Source of the DNA: Octopus sinensis
Lineage: Eukaryota
Assembly: GCF_006345805.1 (NCBI RefSeq)
Contig: NC_043005.1
Location: 103,850,001-103,914,000 of the forward strand
DNA length: 64,000 bases
Direction of reading: 5' to 3'
Shown here: piece after piece, positions 1 through 11,564 of the stretch
Layout: every line of letters begins with the position of its first letter
How positions within the stretch are numbered: the stretch's first letter is position 1
The notes under the pieces: model-generated
Told to the model about the DNA's origin: nothing
The model's input: the letters and a program-made list of their open reading frames with translations, nothing else
Database searches by the model: none
Program-made: the position numbers and the translations under genes

Positions 1-486
1 GCACTTTCTAGGTATTATGGAATACGGTAAATTTCCTGCTTGTACACTTTATTCTATTCTAGAACTTGTGTTACTAATTAAAATACTCTCATTGTCTCTC
101 TCAATGCTTATATACGTAGATATACATACAACACTACACACACGCATAAATATATATGTACGTTATCATGTATACACACACACACACACACACACATATA
201 TATGTGTATGTGTGTGTACGTATGTTTGCATAAATATGGGTGTTTGTATATATATATACAAACAAAAACATGTATATACATGCATATTTATATTCATACA
301 CACACATATATATTCACACACACACACATACATACATGCACGCATATTCTGAACTTTCCAATATTTCTACCAAGGGGAGAAAATATGCATATATACAAAC
401 GTACATTCACGCATATGTACACGCATACATATATCACGTGATCACATCGCTGGTCACAATGCGCTTTTCCATTGTTTTATCCTTCA

Positions 487-618
487 AATGACGTCACCTC
501 GCTGGTTAGGCGAGCAGGCCAACATTCCTCCCTGATCGAAAGGGGTACTGGAGCAATGTGAATGAAGTGTTTTGCTGCAAAACACAACGCCCAAGTCAGG
601 GAATCGAACCCACGATTT
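487..618 (-). mobile_element. tRNA-derived SINE fragment (family C head, distinct 3' part)
   Basis: Minus strand reads GTGGGTTCGATTCCC (B box), then GCGTTGTGTTTTGCAGCAAAACACTTCATTCACATTGCTCCAG, matching the core of the copies at 7171-7419 and 31853-32168. Confidence 0.7.
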
Positions 619-824
619 AGATATATATATATATGTATATAAAAAATGGACCTACATCATTTTTTACGATGATCAAATGATTCGACTAGCTATACTACCT
701 GCTCATTGAATTTATGTGAACGTGACTGAGTATTCGCCAAATACCATTTATCCTTCACGTAATCTCCGGTTAGAATCGGTTAGAGCATTTCACTTGTGTG
801 ACAAAACTGACCTTTTATAACAGA

Positions 825-955
825 CTCGATGGGCTTCGGTACAGTTTTCAGTTAACCAATTTCATTCGCAAAGCGTGTGTCAACTGGATACTATTGTAAA
901 TTATACATGTCCTAGATATCCTACATGCCATACAATGGGGTCGATCTGGGAATTG
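825..955 (-). mobile_element. Degenerate SINE family D fragment
   Basis: Diverged match to GACGGGCTTCTTTCAGTTTCCGTCTAC...GAAGACACTTGCCCAAGG...GGGACTGAAC seen at 38120-38230. Confidence 0.5.
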
Positions 956-1047
956 ACGACCGTAATGTAAATTTTCTATGTAATTTCATGCACAATTGTG
1001 CACACAGACTCATATATAAAGAGTCACATTCTCATGTATATTATATT

Positions 1048-1260
1048 GGTTTCAAATTTTGGCCCATGGCCAGCAATTTCGGGGGAGGCGATAAGTCGGT
1101 TACATCAACCCCAATGCTCAGCTGGTACTTATTTTATCAACCCCCGAAAAGATGAAAGGCAAGTGGACTCCGGCAGCATTTAAACTTAGAACGTAAAATG
1201 GGAAGAAATATCGCTTAGCATCTTTTTCATACGCGGGAACGATTCTGCCAGTTCGCCGCA
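1048..1260 (-). mobile_element. tRNA-derived SINE family A (diverged copy)
   Basis: Plus strand shows CCCCGAAAAGATGAAAGGCAAG...AACGATTCTGCCAGTTCGCCGC, the reverse complement of the family A head and core seen intact at 41877. Confidence 0.75.
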
Positions 1261-1328
1261 CTCTCATATTTATTATATTGCTTAAAGTTGCTTTAAGTTG
1301 GCACGCACACGCGTGCGTCCTCCCGCAC

Positions 1329-1383
<55 letters not shown>

Positions 1384-2746
1384 TACACGCACAATTGCAC
1401 ACATACACACACACACTACAAAGGTTTGAATGAATATATACGTACACAAATACACGCATGCACACACACTACATAAATTTGAGTAACCATGTACATTCTT
1501 ACACACATATGCATATATGTATATGTATATATATATCTACATACATACATACATACACAGACACACACACACACACATATATATATATAAATATATATAT
1601 ACACGCACATGCAGTCATAAGCATATTCACGCATACGCATAAATTCACACATTCACACACACAAACACATGCACATTGTAAATACTCACTTACCTTACTA
1701 CCACCACCACCACCACCACCACCACCACCACCAACTATCTCTCCAATTGCTATACACAAACACGCATGGCAGGTACGTGATTAGTGCAGCAATTGGCATC
1801 AGTATGTTACTTTGTTTTTACTTTTTATAATTTCCTAATTTTAATTGTTCTTCTTAATAGAGATAGGTACACGACATATATAGGAAATACATATCTCTCT
1901 CAGAGTGCTTTTTCACAAGTAAATTAAATTAAATTGATATAATTAATAGTATCATTTGAAAACTATTTATTTAATAGCTCCAATTAAAATTGTGTTGGCG
2001 TCATTATGAAGTGTAAATACCCACTTATCTTCTCACATTTTCTTCTTTCCTTTTAAATCTGTCTCCTCTTTTAATTGTTAAATGGTATATGTCTTGTAGA
2101 TGACACCGCGGTGTTGCCGGTAGTAAAATATATTTGAAATGAAATATGGTGTCATAAGTGCTGTAGGAAATATATGCATTTCATTGCCGAATATATACGG
2201 ATTATTTCTTGTCTTTATGTTGTTTGAAGAAATAATTTCTTCGAAATTGATATATGAATTGCAAACATAAAAAAAATAATAGAAAAATCGAACTAATTAT
2301 GGGTAACTGATCTAAACATTTGTTAGAATAACAATTCAAGAAAAATCGATAATTTATTAGAAACAAATATTTAAGAGGTGCGAGGTGTGGAGAAAGTTCG
2401 AATGACGAAGATTTGTTAATAAAGCTAAACAGAAAGAAATACAGAAGTTGGTTTTAAAAATGCAGAAGTTTAGTGAGGGCAGGAGTTTGGTGAAGATGGT
2501 AAGCAGGCCTGTGCTAAACGGCGATACTGGAAAACATAGGAATCTTGAGACAAATTCTGTCAAAAAGTTATAATGAACATACCTGTACAATCTTAGTACA
2601 ATAACCTCAATAGTAGTGGGAGGAATTGTGACAGCAGCAATATTTGTGGAAGAATTAGTAGCCTCAGCAGTGGGAGTCACAACAACAACCACCACCACAA
2701 CAACAACAACAACAAATTTAATAATAATATTGATAATAATAATAAT

Positions 2747-3447
2747 TGCAGTCTTCTAGCGCCTACAGAGTATCTCAACAGGCATGATAGAGCTGCACAA
2801 TATATTCACTGGGTAATCTGCAAAAACCTGGATTTGCCCCATGAAAAAACTGGTGGGAACACAAACCACCCCCAGTGCTTGAAAATGACCACATCTCACT
2901 CCTCTGGAACTTCACCATTCAAACTGACAGAAAGATAGATGCAAATAGGCCAGACATCATATTGAAAGACTTCAGACAAAGAACATGCCTCCTCATTGAT
3001 ATGACTGTCCCAATCGATATAAACGTATCTGTCAAGACCTACCAAATACTGAGCAAATATAAAGATCTTGAAATAGAAATCAGCAAAATGTGGAACCTGA
3101 AGACTAAAACAATACCTGTTGTCTAGGTGCCCTGGGAATGATAGCAAAAGGGGCTGATTGCTACCTAACTCAGATACTAGGAAACCCAAAAATGGCAGAA
3201 ATTCAAAAGATAGTGCTCATGGGAACTGCTCATATCCTACGCAAAATACTTTCTATGTAATCTCAAGATTTAAAACAAACATAATTTTTTTTTAGACATC
3301 CACTAGTACAACACCAAAAAAAGAAACAACAACCAAATATATGGCACACTAGGCATAACAACAACGTGAACTTCCAACCTATTGTCTCTTGAGGTCTCTA
3401 GGTGAGACTTGGAGCCAACTTGTACAAATATAAAGCAAAAGTCAAAC

Positions 3448-3448
<1 letters not shown>
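2747..3448 (+). mobile_element. 5'-truncated R4/Dong-clade non-LTR retrotransposon, family 1 (RLE endonuclease C-terminus plus 3' UTR)
   Basis: With frameshifts translates to CSLLAPTEYLNRHDRAAQYIHW...LLWNFTIQTDRKIDANRPDIILKD...LIDMTVP...KYKDLEIEISKMWNLKTKTIPV...IQKIVLMGTAHILRK. This is the end of the CCHC knuckle, RHD and a PD-(D/E)xK restriction-like endonuclease. Flanked by (TAA)n on both sides. Confidence 0.9.
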
Positions 3449-3521
<73 letters not shown>

Positions 3522-3524
<3 letters not shown>

Positions 3525-3903
3525 TGCTTTCTAATTAATGTATCAATACCGGCAGATGACAACGTGTCTCTAAAAGAAATGGAGAAACTTTCAAAATACA
3601 AAGACCTGGAAATAGAGGTAACCAGAATGTGGAATCTAAAAACAGAAACAATTCCTATCATAGTAGGTGCATTAGGCATGATAAAAAAATATTCAGACAA
3701 ATACATTACAAAAACACCAGGCCTTATAAACACATATAACATACAGAAAATTGCACTACTAGGCGGCACTGCACACATCCTACGCAGAACACTTTCCATA
3801 CAATAACCATCAAAGCATCACAACAAATCACAGCACATACCCAAGGCACACAGAGCTGCGCTCGGTAGTGAAGTGAAAGCACGCTATAAAAATAAAACTA
3901 CTG
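3522..3903 (+). mobile_element. 5'-truncated R4/Dong-clade element, family 2
   Basis: KCFLINVSIPADDNVSLKEMEKLSKYKDLEIEVTRMWNLKTETIPIIVGALG...IQKIALLGGTAHILRRTLSIQ*, then a 3' UTR ending AAAATAAAACTACTG and (TAA)n. Confidence 0.9.
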
Positions 3904-3932
3904 AATAATGATAATAATAATAATAATGATAA

Positions 3933-4097
3933 AGATTTCAAATTTGGGCGAGATGATAAATTATTACGTTGACATCAGTATTCAACTGCAACTAATTTTA
4001 TCGAACTTCGAAGGGTTGAAAGGCAAAGTTGACCTCGGCGGAATTTAAACTTAGAGCGTAAACATGAACGAAATGCCGCTCCGTATTTTCCCTGGCC
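3933..4097 (-). mobile_element. SINE family A (diverged)
   Basis: GAAAGGCAAAGTTGACCTCGGCGGAATTTAAACTTAG is the reverse complement of the family A B-box/core. Confidence 0.75.
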
Positions 4098-4098
4098 G

Positions 4099-4138
<40 letters not shown>

Positions 4139-4210
4139 AATAATAATAATAATAATAATAACAACAATAATAATAATAATAATAATAACAATAATAATAA
4201 TAATAATAAC

Positions 4211-4240
<30 letters not shown>

Positions 4241-4241
<1 letters not shown>

Positions 4242-4841
4242 GCATATTACCAGCCAATGTACGCTACTTGCCCAGAAGGAATATAAGAGACGCCACGACA
4301 ATATAGTCAGGCTTGTCCATTGGACAACAAGTATGGACTGATAGTGCAAAAAATTGATACGACCACAAACCTGAAGGCATCGTCGAAAATAGAAATGCAA
4401 AGATCCTATGAGATTTTATGATTCAGTGCGACCATGAGATAGAGAATAGTAAGCCAGACAGTCTCAATTGAGAAAGAAAGTTAACTATGCCGAATCATAG
4501 ATATAGTATGCCCAGCTGACAACAAGGTATGCGATAAGGAAGAAAAAAGTCGATAGATATGACAGGTTAGCTTGGGAAGTTAAGCAGTTGTGGTCGATGA
4601 AAAAGGTAGCAGTAGAACCAATAATTGTCGGAACCTTAAGAACAGTGAGTAAAAATTTCGAAAAGTACGTGGAACAAATAGGGGCTGCAGTAAGGGTGGA
4701 GCACTTGCAGAAAACAGCACTACTTGGAACCGCTCGAATACTCTGGAAGATGCTCGAAAAATAAGAGGTGTTACCTTAGTTCACTGATAGGGAACAGCTG
4801 ACACTGTAGTACATCTCCAGCGTTAGAAGCTGTGCAAAGGC
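4241..4841 (+). mobile_element. 5'-truncated R4/Dong-clade element, family 3
   Basis: HITSQCTLLAQKEYKRRHDNIVRLVHW...DFMIQCDHEIENSKPD...IIDIVCPADNK...RYDRLAWEVKQLWSMKKV...LQKTALLGTARILWKMLEK*; the 3' UTR ends GCTGTGCAAAGGC followed by (AAT)n. Confidence 0.9.
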
Positions 4842-4914
<73 letters not shown>

Positions 4915-4924
4915 GCAATAATAA

Positions 4925-5130
4925 TTCTTTCTACTATAGGCACTGGGCTTGAAATTTGGTGGGAGGGGGCCATTGGATTGAATCGACCCAGTATTTTACT
5001 GGTACTTAATTTATCGACCCCGAAAGGATGAAAGGCAAAGTCGGCGGGATTTCAACTCAGAACGCAGCGACAGGCGAAGTACCGTAAGCATTTCGTCCAG
5101 CGTGCTAATGATTCTGCCTGCTCGCCGCCT
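4925..5130 (-). mobile_element. SINE family A with alternative 3' tail
   Basis: ACTGGTACTTAATTTATCGACCCCGAAAGGATGAAAGGCAAAGTC...GATTCTGCCTGCTCGCCGCC; lies between (TAA)n arrays. Confidence 0.85.
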
Positions 5131-5138
5131 GAATAATA

Positions 5139-5185
<47 letters not shown>

Positions 5186-5187
5186 TA

Positions 5188-5460
5188 AATGTGGAATCTA
5201 AAAACAGAAACAATTCCTATCATAGTAGGTGCATTAGGCATGATAAAAAAATATTCAGACAAATACGCAACAAAAACGCCAGGACTTACAAACACATATA
5301 ACATACAGAAAATTGCACTACTAGGCGGCACTGCACACATCCTACGCAGAACACTTTCCATACAATAAGCATCAGAGCATCACAACAAATCACAGCACAT
5401 ACCCAAGGCACACAGAGCTGCGCTCGGTAGTGAAAGCACGCTATAAAAATAAAACTACTG
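5188..5460 (+). mobile_element. Second, shorter copy of R4/Dong family 2
   Basis: Near-identical to the 3' part of the 3522-3903 copy (MWNLKTETIPIIVGALG...HILRRTLSIQ*, same 3' UTR); flanked by (TAA)n. Confidence 0.9.
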
Positions 5461-5582
5461 AATGATAATAATAATAATAACAAACAAACCAATAGTTATA
5501 ATAGTATTTGAAACATAGTCAGAAAACTGACGGTTGCAGGTGAGGGAACATTAATCACTGGAAAATCTAGTCCTAGAATGTA

Positions 5583-5625
5583 ACAAATTTGACAAATTTG
5601 ACAAATTTGACAAATTTGACAAATT
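5583..5625. repeat. 9-bp tandem repeat (ACAAATTTG) x ~4.8
   Basis: Direct reading; the unit contains the palindrome CAAATTTG. Confidence 0.9.
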
Positions 5626-5705
5626 AACGCCACCACCATCATCACCATCATCACCATCATCATCGTCATAATCGCCATCATCGTCATCATCATCATAATC
5701 ATCAT

Positions 5706-5738
<33 letters not shown>

Positions 5739-5790
5739 TATTATTATTATTATTATCCTTATTATTGTTGTTGTTGTTGTTATTATTATA

Positions 5791-5875
<85 letters not shown>

Positions 5876-6190
5876 ATCATATTTTTTCAAGTTAGAAGAA
5901 TAGGCTAAAAAATTTCAAATTAAAGATTATGAAAAAAGAAAACGTCGAAAATAATGGGGGAAAAAATGAAACAAAGTAACCCCTCCCCGACCTAATAAAG
6001 TCGATAAGGGAAATTAAGGATGCTGGAGAGAATATGTGATTGTGATAGTAATAAGAAATCTAATTACTGTTTTAAAGTGGCGACAAAGAGAAAGGTTAAC
6101 TGCCTGTTTGGTGGAAAGAAAAAATAAGGAAATTTAAGTTCCATTTTAGGAGCAATTAATCTTAATGAAACAAAGATGAGAGAGATTAAG

Positions 6191-6359
6191 ATCTTCTTCT
6201 TCTCCTTCTTCTTCTTCTTCTTCTTCTTCTTCTTCTTCTTCTTCTTCTTCTTCTTCTTCTTCTTCTTCTTCTTCTTCTTCTTCTTCTTCTTCTTCTTCTT
6301 CATCGTCTTCTTCTTCTTCTTCATCGTCTTCTTCTTCTTCTTCTTCATCGTCTTCTTCT

Positions 6360-6391
<32 letters not shown>

Positions 6392-6470
6392 TTCTTCTCC
6401 TCCTTCTTCTTTTTTTCTTCTTCTTCTTCGTCTTTTTCTTTATCGTCTTCTTCTTCTTCTTCTCCTTTTT
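6191..6470. repeat. (TTC)n microsatellite tract
   Basis: Direct reading; explains the poly-F and poly-K ORFs. Confidence 0.95.
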
Positions 6471-6657
6471 GTGTTCCTCCTCCTACTCCCCTCCCCCTCC
6501 TCCTCCTCGTCATCTCGACTTTGCCTTTTATCCTTCAGCTGAACACTATGGTCGAAGTAATCGTTAATATCTCCTGCCTTAAAATTGATGGTTTTGTTTC
6601 AAATTTACAACGAATTGTTATTGGTTAATAAAGGTGGCCAATAAAAAGAATTATTAC

Positions 6658-6721
<64 letters not shown>

Positions 6722-6865
6722 GTTATTATTTTATTACCTTTGCACAGCTTCTAACGTAGATGTACTATGGTGTCTGATGTTTTCTACCAGTGAACTGAGG
6801 TAACACCCCTTATTTTTCGAGCACCATCCGGAGTGTTCGAACTGTTCCAAGCAGTGCTGTTTTCT

Positions 6866-7170
6866 ACTAGTTAGTTTGTTCTTTCTCGAACCATGCCTAG
6901 CACATAAGGGCCGGTTTCCCGGTTTCCTTGGCGTATAGATTCCCCACCTGGACGGGACGCCGGTCCGTCGTAGGTGAGCTGCAAGATGCAGGAAAGAGTG
7001 AGAGAAAGTTGTGGCGAAAGAGTCAAAAGAAGTTCGCCATTACCTTCTGCCGGAGCCGCGTGGAGCCTAGGTGTTTCGCTCATAAACACACACATCACCC
7101 GGTCTGAGATTCGAACCCGCGATCCCTCAACCGCGAGTCCGCTGCTCTAACCACTAGGCCATGTGCCTCC
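6866..7170 (-). mobile_element. tRNA-derived SINE family B
   Basis: Minus strand: GGAGGCACATGGCCTAGTGGTTAG (A box)...GGGTTCGAATCTC (B box)...ACGACGGACCGGCGTCCCGTCCAGG...GAAACCGGGAAACCGGCCC. Same family at 13140-13392 and 30749-31048. May correspond to tRNA-Arg-related octopus SINEs (recalled, unverified). Confidence 0.9.
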
Positions 7171-7419
7171 CCTCTGCCCTTTTAGAGCCTAGCCAAGCTC
7201 ATGGGCCCGGTTTCCCGGTTTCTATGGCGTATGTATTCCCTAGCTGGACGGGACGCCAGTCCGTCGCAGCGTTACTCATTTTTGCCAGCTGATTGGACTG
7301 GAGCAAGGTGAAATGAAGTGTTTTGCTCAAGAACACAACGCATCGCCCGGTCCAGGAACCGAAACCACAATCTTACGATCATGATGCTGACACCCTAACC
7401 ACTAAGCCACGCGCCTCCA
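7171..7419 (-). mobile_element. tRNA-derived SINE family C
   Basis: Minus strand: GGAGGCGCGTGGCTTAGTGGTTAGGG (A box)...TTGAGCAAAACACTTCATTTCACCTTGCTCCAG...GCGACGGACTGGCGTCCCGTCCAG...GAAACCGGGAAACCGGGCCC. Confidence 0.9.
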
Positions 7420-7867
7420 CAGTGCTGTTTTCTGCAAGTGCTCCACCCTTATTGCAGCCCCCATTTATTCCATGTACTTCTCAAGATTTTTTACTCGCAG
7501 TTCCCAGTGTTCCGACGATTATTGGTACTACTACCACCTTTTTCATCGACCATAACTGCTTAGCCTCCCAAGCTAACCTGTTATATCTATCGACTTTTCT
7601 TTCTTCCTTATCGCATACCTTGTTGTCAGCTGGGTATGCTATATCTATGATTCAGCATCGTTTGCTTTCTTTCTCAACACTATGTGTGGTTCCCTATTCT
7701 CTATCTCATGGTCGCACTGAATCATAAATTCCCATAGGTTCTTTGCATTATCATTTTCCACGATGCTTTTAGGTTTATGTTCGTACCACATTTTCTGCTC
7801 TGTCAAGTCCATACCTGTTATTATATTATTGTTATTATTATTATTGTTGTTGTTGTTGTTGTTGTTA

Positions 7868-8760
7868 TTTTCTCTTTATTGTAGGTTTTGTTGGAACTCC
7901 TGGAATCTTACATGCGTAGCAGTCTTTCTAACTGCAGCGTACGGTACCATGCTATTCGCTCTTTTCAGCTATCTAATACTTCCTTGATTATTCTGGCCGT
8001 ACCAAAGAGGCAAACCTTTTGTAACAGTTCTACTGGGCATTCTATTCCAATTTCCTTTATATTCCTCTTGATGATGCCTTCTGATACTATTCCGATTGAC
8101 ACTATCTTCTCCTTCATATTCAATAGCCGGGTTATTTCGTACTTGAGGGTTGTATGTATCTATATTTTCGCCTTCGTTCTTGACTATTGGTGGGTCAAAG
8201 AGGCATGCAGCATCAACTATATAGCATATGTGGTGCACCTTGTCCATCCCCACTGGGTCCAGTCTGTTATGCGTTAGTACTTGATCTGTTTGGATTGGGA
8301 AATCCTAGAGGATTTTTCTAGTTTCTGACTCCGTCACTCCCTGCGGTTTGTGCTAATACCACATCTTGCTTCTCTCTAGCACCCACTTTTCGTGGTTTCC
8401 AATGTAACACTTTCAGTAACTGATCATGTCGCCACAACTTGTAGTGGTTTTGGGCAAGTCTAGGGCATTCGTTCGTTTGATATGGCAATAGTTTCATCCA
8501 CTCTATTGCAGATGCGGCACAGCGGAGACACTTGCTCATTCCTAAGGTTGACCCTTCAGTTCGTGATCAAAGCTTAGACTTGTGCTGCCAGTATAGTGCT
8601 CTCGGTCTCTTCTTTTAGTGATCCTTTCATCAGCCAATCCCACCTATTTTTTCCTGCAACTTCTGTTGTGGCTACATGGAATTGATTGTGTAGTCCCTTC
8701 TTGTGTAATTTTTCTTTATGTCCTTTTTGTACTTCTTCCTTTGTTTTCCCTTTTCTCTCT
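7868..8760 (-). mobile_element. R4/Dong-clade element, family 4 (degenerate)
   Basis: Minus strand with stops and frameshifts: KKGLHNQFHVATTEVAGKNRWDWLMKGSLKEETESTILAAQ...SPLCRICNRVDETI...CPRLAQNHYKLWRHD...DFPIQTDQVLTHNRLD...VELLQKVCLFGTARIIKEVLDS*. The 3' end abuts an (AAC/AAT)n tract. Confidence 0.85.
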
Positions 8761-9135
8761 GTTCTCTGCTTCGGATTTCAGTCTGACCCACTAAAAATTC
8801 TGTTTCGATATTTGTCGATAGTCTGCAGCTGTAAGTGAACGACATAATTTTCATTCTGGATTTTATTTCACACTGATGCACTTATTGAACATGTTGGATG
8901 GTCTATCCTAACAAGAGTTAGACCACAAGGTCGGTATTTCCATTTCATTCTATCATCTAATGTAAGAGTAAAAAAAGATGGCTTCGTGTTTCCTTGGATC
9001 CGCATCTCAGAAAGATTGCATTTAACAAGGAAAGGAACCATCAAGCAATGGAAAATAAGCTGTAAAGGAAAAATTAATGAGCACTCATATGGAGAGAAGA
9101 AGAGAGGGGGAGAGGAGAAAGACAGAGGAGAGAAG

Positions 9136-9237
9136 AGACAGAGTGAGAGAGAGAGAGTGGTAACAACAGATACTTTAAAAACGAAGAGACGAAAACGCCA
9201 GTATCTATTTACCAAACCCGAGAAAAACCTTCGGACA
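9136..9237 (+). repeat. 102-bp segment repeated identically at 10844-10945
   Basis: AGACAGAGTGAGAGAG...GTGGTAACAACAGATACTTTAAAAACGAAGAGACG...GAAAAACCTTCGGACA appears at both positions with no mismatch found by eye. Confidence 0.9.
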
Positions 9238-10843
9238 GAATATGGAAAAGATAATAACACCTGAAAAGTAAAATGAAGTGTAATAAAGAACACGTTTGCC
9301 CACAACAACAACAACGACGATGACAACAGAGTCGTCTTATATGGAAAATTTTGCTGAAAGATTGAATGTTGGGTCACATTTTGCTCATTGGAGTGGCGTC
9401 AGTATTCTCAATGTATCATGGAAGCTCCTGTGATGAGGAGAGTAACATATACCTGTCTTGCTAATAAAAACACACTGCTGGCTTTCTCTTTCTGACCAAG
9501 CATGTGTTGGAAAGCTAGGCTGATATATTAAATGAAATATCTTATTGTGAGAGAAAGAAGACATATGTATACTATATGTGCCATCTTCAAAACAGAGGGC
9601 AAGACAAAAGCATGAACCCAAATAATATGCCACACTTGGCCACAAGCCTGTTCTGCAGTTTTTAGGAAGGAGATACACAAAGATCACTGCCAATGTATCA
9701 ATAACGATGTTTATGCCTGGATAATAGTTACCTCTGTGGCGAAATAGAGACAGGTGGCCAGTGCATATGTAAGCTTAGGTGATCCATGGTCAAATGAGAT
9801 CACCATAGATATACAATTCCTCATGAGTCCATAAGACCACAGCACATGTGCGTCCTCTTGAGAATGTTGAGAAGAAGACCTTGAAGCTTAACTTTCCAGA
9901 ACACGTGGATTATCACTTGTTCACTATAACTCAAGAACTCTGCGCGCAAAGTTTTTGAATTTCCACCATTAAACAATAGAAGAAGGAAATGTACAGAAAG
10001 TCAATGCAAGTCAAAGTTTAATTTCCAAAAGACATACTTTGTGTTAATTATCACGTTTTATTACACACACACACGCACACACACACACACGCACACACAC
10101 ACACACACACACACGCACACATGCACACACATACACGCACATGCACACACGCATTATTTCTGTGAAAACTCTTAATTTTACGGACTTTCCTTTGTTCAAT
10201 TATATATTGTATAGCATCTTTCACCTGCTTCGTCTCCCTCTACACGTATTTGTAAGATCTATGTTTCACGTCGTCTTGTATTTTTGTCTCACTTTCTGAC
10301 CTAGTGATTAATAAAAAAAGAAACCATGATTATTACTAATAATGCTGCCGTTGTTATTGCTACTGCTGCTGTGGCTGCTGCTGCTGCTGCTGCTGTTCTC
10401 GTTCTTGCTGTTGATGCTGTTGTTGTTGTTGATAACGATGACGATGAGGAGTATGTGGTTGATTGTCTCAAACAAAGTTCTGTAAAAAAAGAAAAGCTCC
10501 GGAGAGGAAGTGGATTTATTATGTCAAACTTCATGCATCTCAACTGTTCTTTTGTTTGCCGATTGTGGGTGTTAGGACATTTGAGAATTCCTCCCCAATA
10601 TTCTGGGTCAAAAATTAAGGTTCATATTTTTGCAAGCATGAAGTCATTCATCTTGGTCACTTCTAAGGAGGAGGAGAAGGAAGAGGAGGAAGAGAAAGAA
10701 TTAATTTCCATAAAGATGTTAGCTATGAATACGCTTCCAGGGTCTTTGATAAAAATTTCGAAAATCTTATTAAATTAAAATTAAGAGAGAGAGAGGGGAG
10801 AGAGGAAGAGAGGGGAGAGAAGAAGAGAGGGGGAGAGAGAGAA

Positions 10844-10945
10844 AGACAGAGTGAGAGAGAGAGAGTGGTAACAACAGATACTTTAAAAACGAAGAGACGA
10901 AAACGCCAGTATCTATTTACCAAACCCGAGAAAAACCTTCGGACA
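10844..10945 (+). repeat. Second copy of the 102-bp direct repeat
   Basis: Identical by eye to 9136-9237. Confidence 0.9.
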
Positions 10946-11024
10946 TGTTTTGCACACACACACACACAGACACACACACACACACACACACATATGCACA
11001 CACACACATCTATCTATTTATCTA

Positions 11025-11448
11025 TCTATCCTTTTACATGTTTCAGTCATTTCACTGTGGCCATACTGGAGCACCGCCTTAAAGGGTTTTTAATCGAGGA
11101 TATCGACCCCAGTAGTTATTCTTTGTATGTCTAGTACTTATTCTACCGGTCTCTTTTGCTGAACCGCTACGTTACGCAAACATAAACACACCAACAACGG
11201 TTGTCAAGTGATGGGGTACAAACACAGACACAAATACATACACATACAGACGCGCATGCGTACACACACACGCAAACACAAACAAACACACACACACACA
11301 CACATACGACGGACTTCGCTGAGTTTCCGTCTACCAAATCCACTCACAAGATTGTGGTCGGCTCGAGGCTATAGTGGAAGACACTTGCCCAAGGTGTCAT
11401 GCAGTGGGATTGAACCCGGAACCCTGTGGCTGGGAAGTAAGCCGCATT
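11025..11448 (-). mobile_element. tRNA-derived SINE family D with internal (CA)n
   Basis: Minus strand: GGGTTCAATCCC B box, CCTTGGGCAAGTGTCTTC core, internal microsatellite, tail AAGGCGGTGCTCCAGTATGGCCACAGTGAAATGACTGAAAC. Also at 37888-38298 and 55460-56000. Confidence 0.85.
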
Positions 11449-11524
11449 CCAGTATGTATGTATGCTTGTATGTATGTATGTATGTATGTATGTATGTATG
11501 TATGTATGTATGTATGTATGTATG

Positions 11525-11564
<40 letters not shown>

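Larger units (their letters stand above)
6737..7814 (-). mobile_element. R4/Dong family 3 copy, interrupted by a SINE dimer at 6866-7419
   Basis: Reverse complement of the 4241-4841 copy (CCTTTGCACAGCTTCTAACG...; GTCGCACTGAATCATAAA). Its 3' end abuts (TTA)n on the plus strand, which is (TAA)n on the element strand. Confidence 0.9.

Noticed and set aside
2357-2580. Possible LINE C-terminal remnant (weak resemblance to the Tx1 end)
   Set aside because: Requires assumed frameshifts and has no diagnostic motif.
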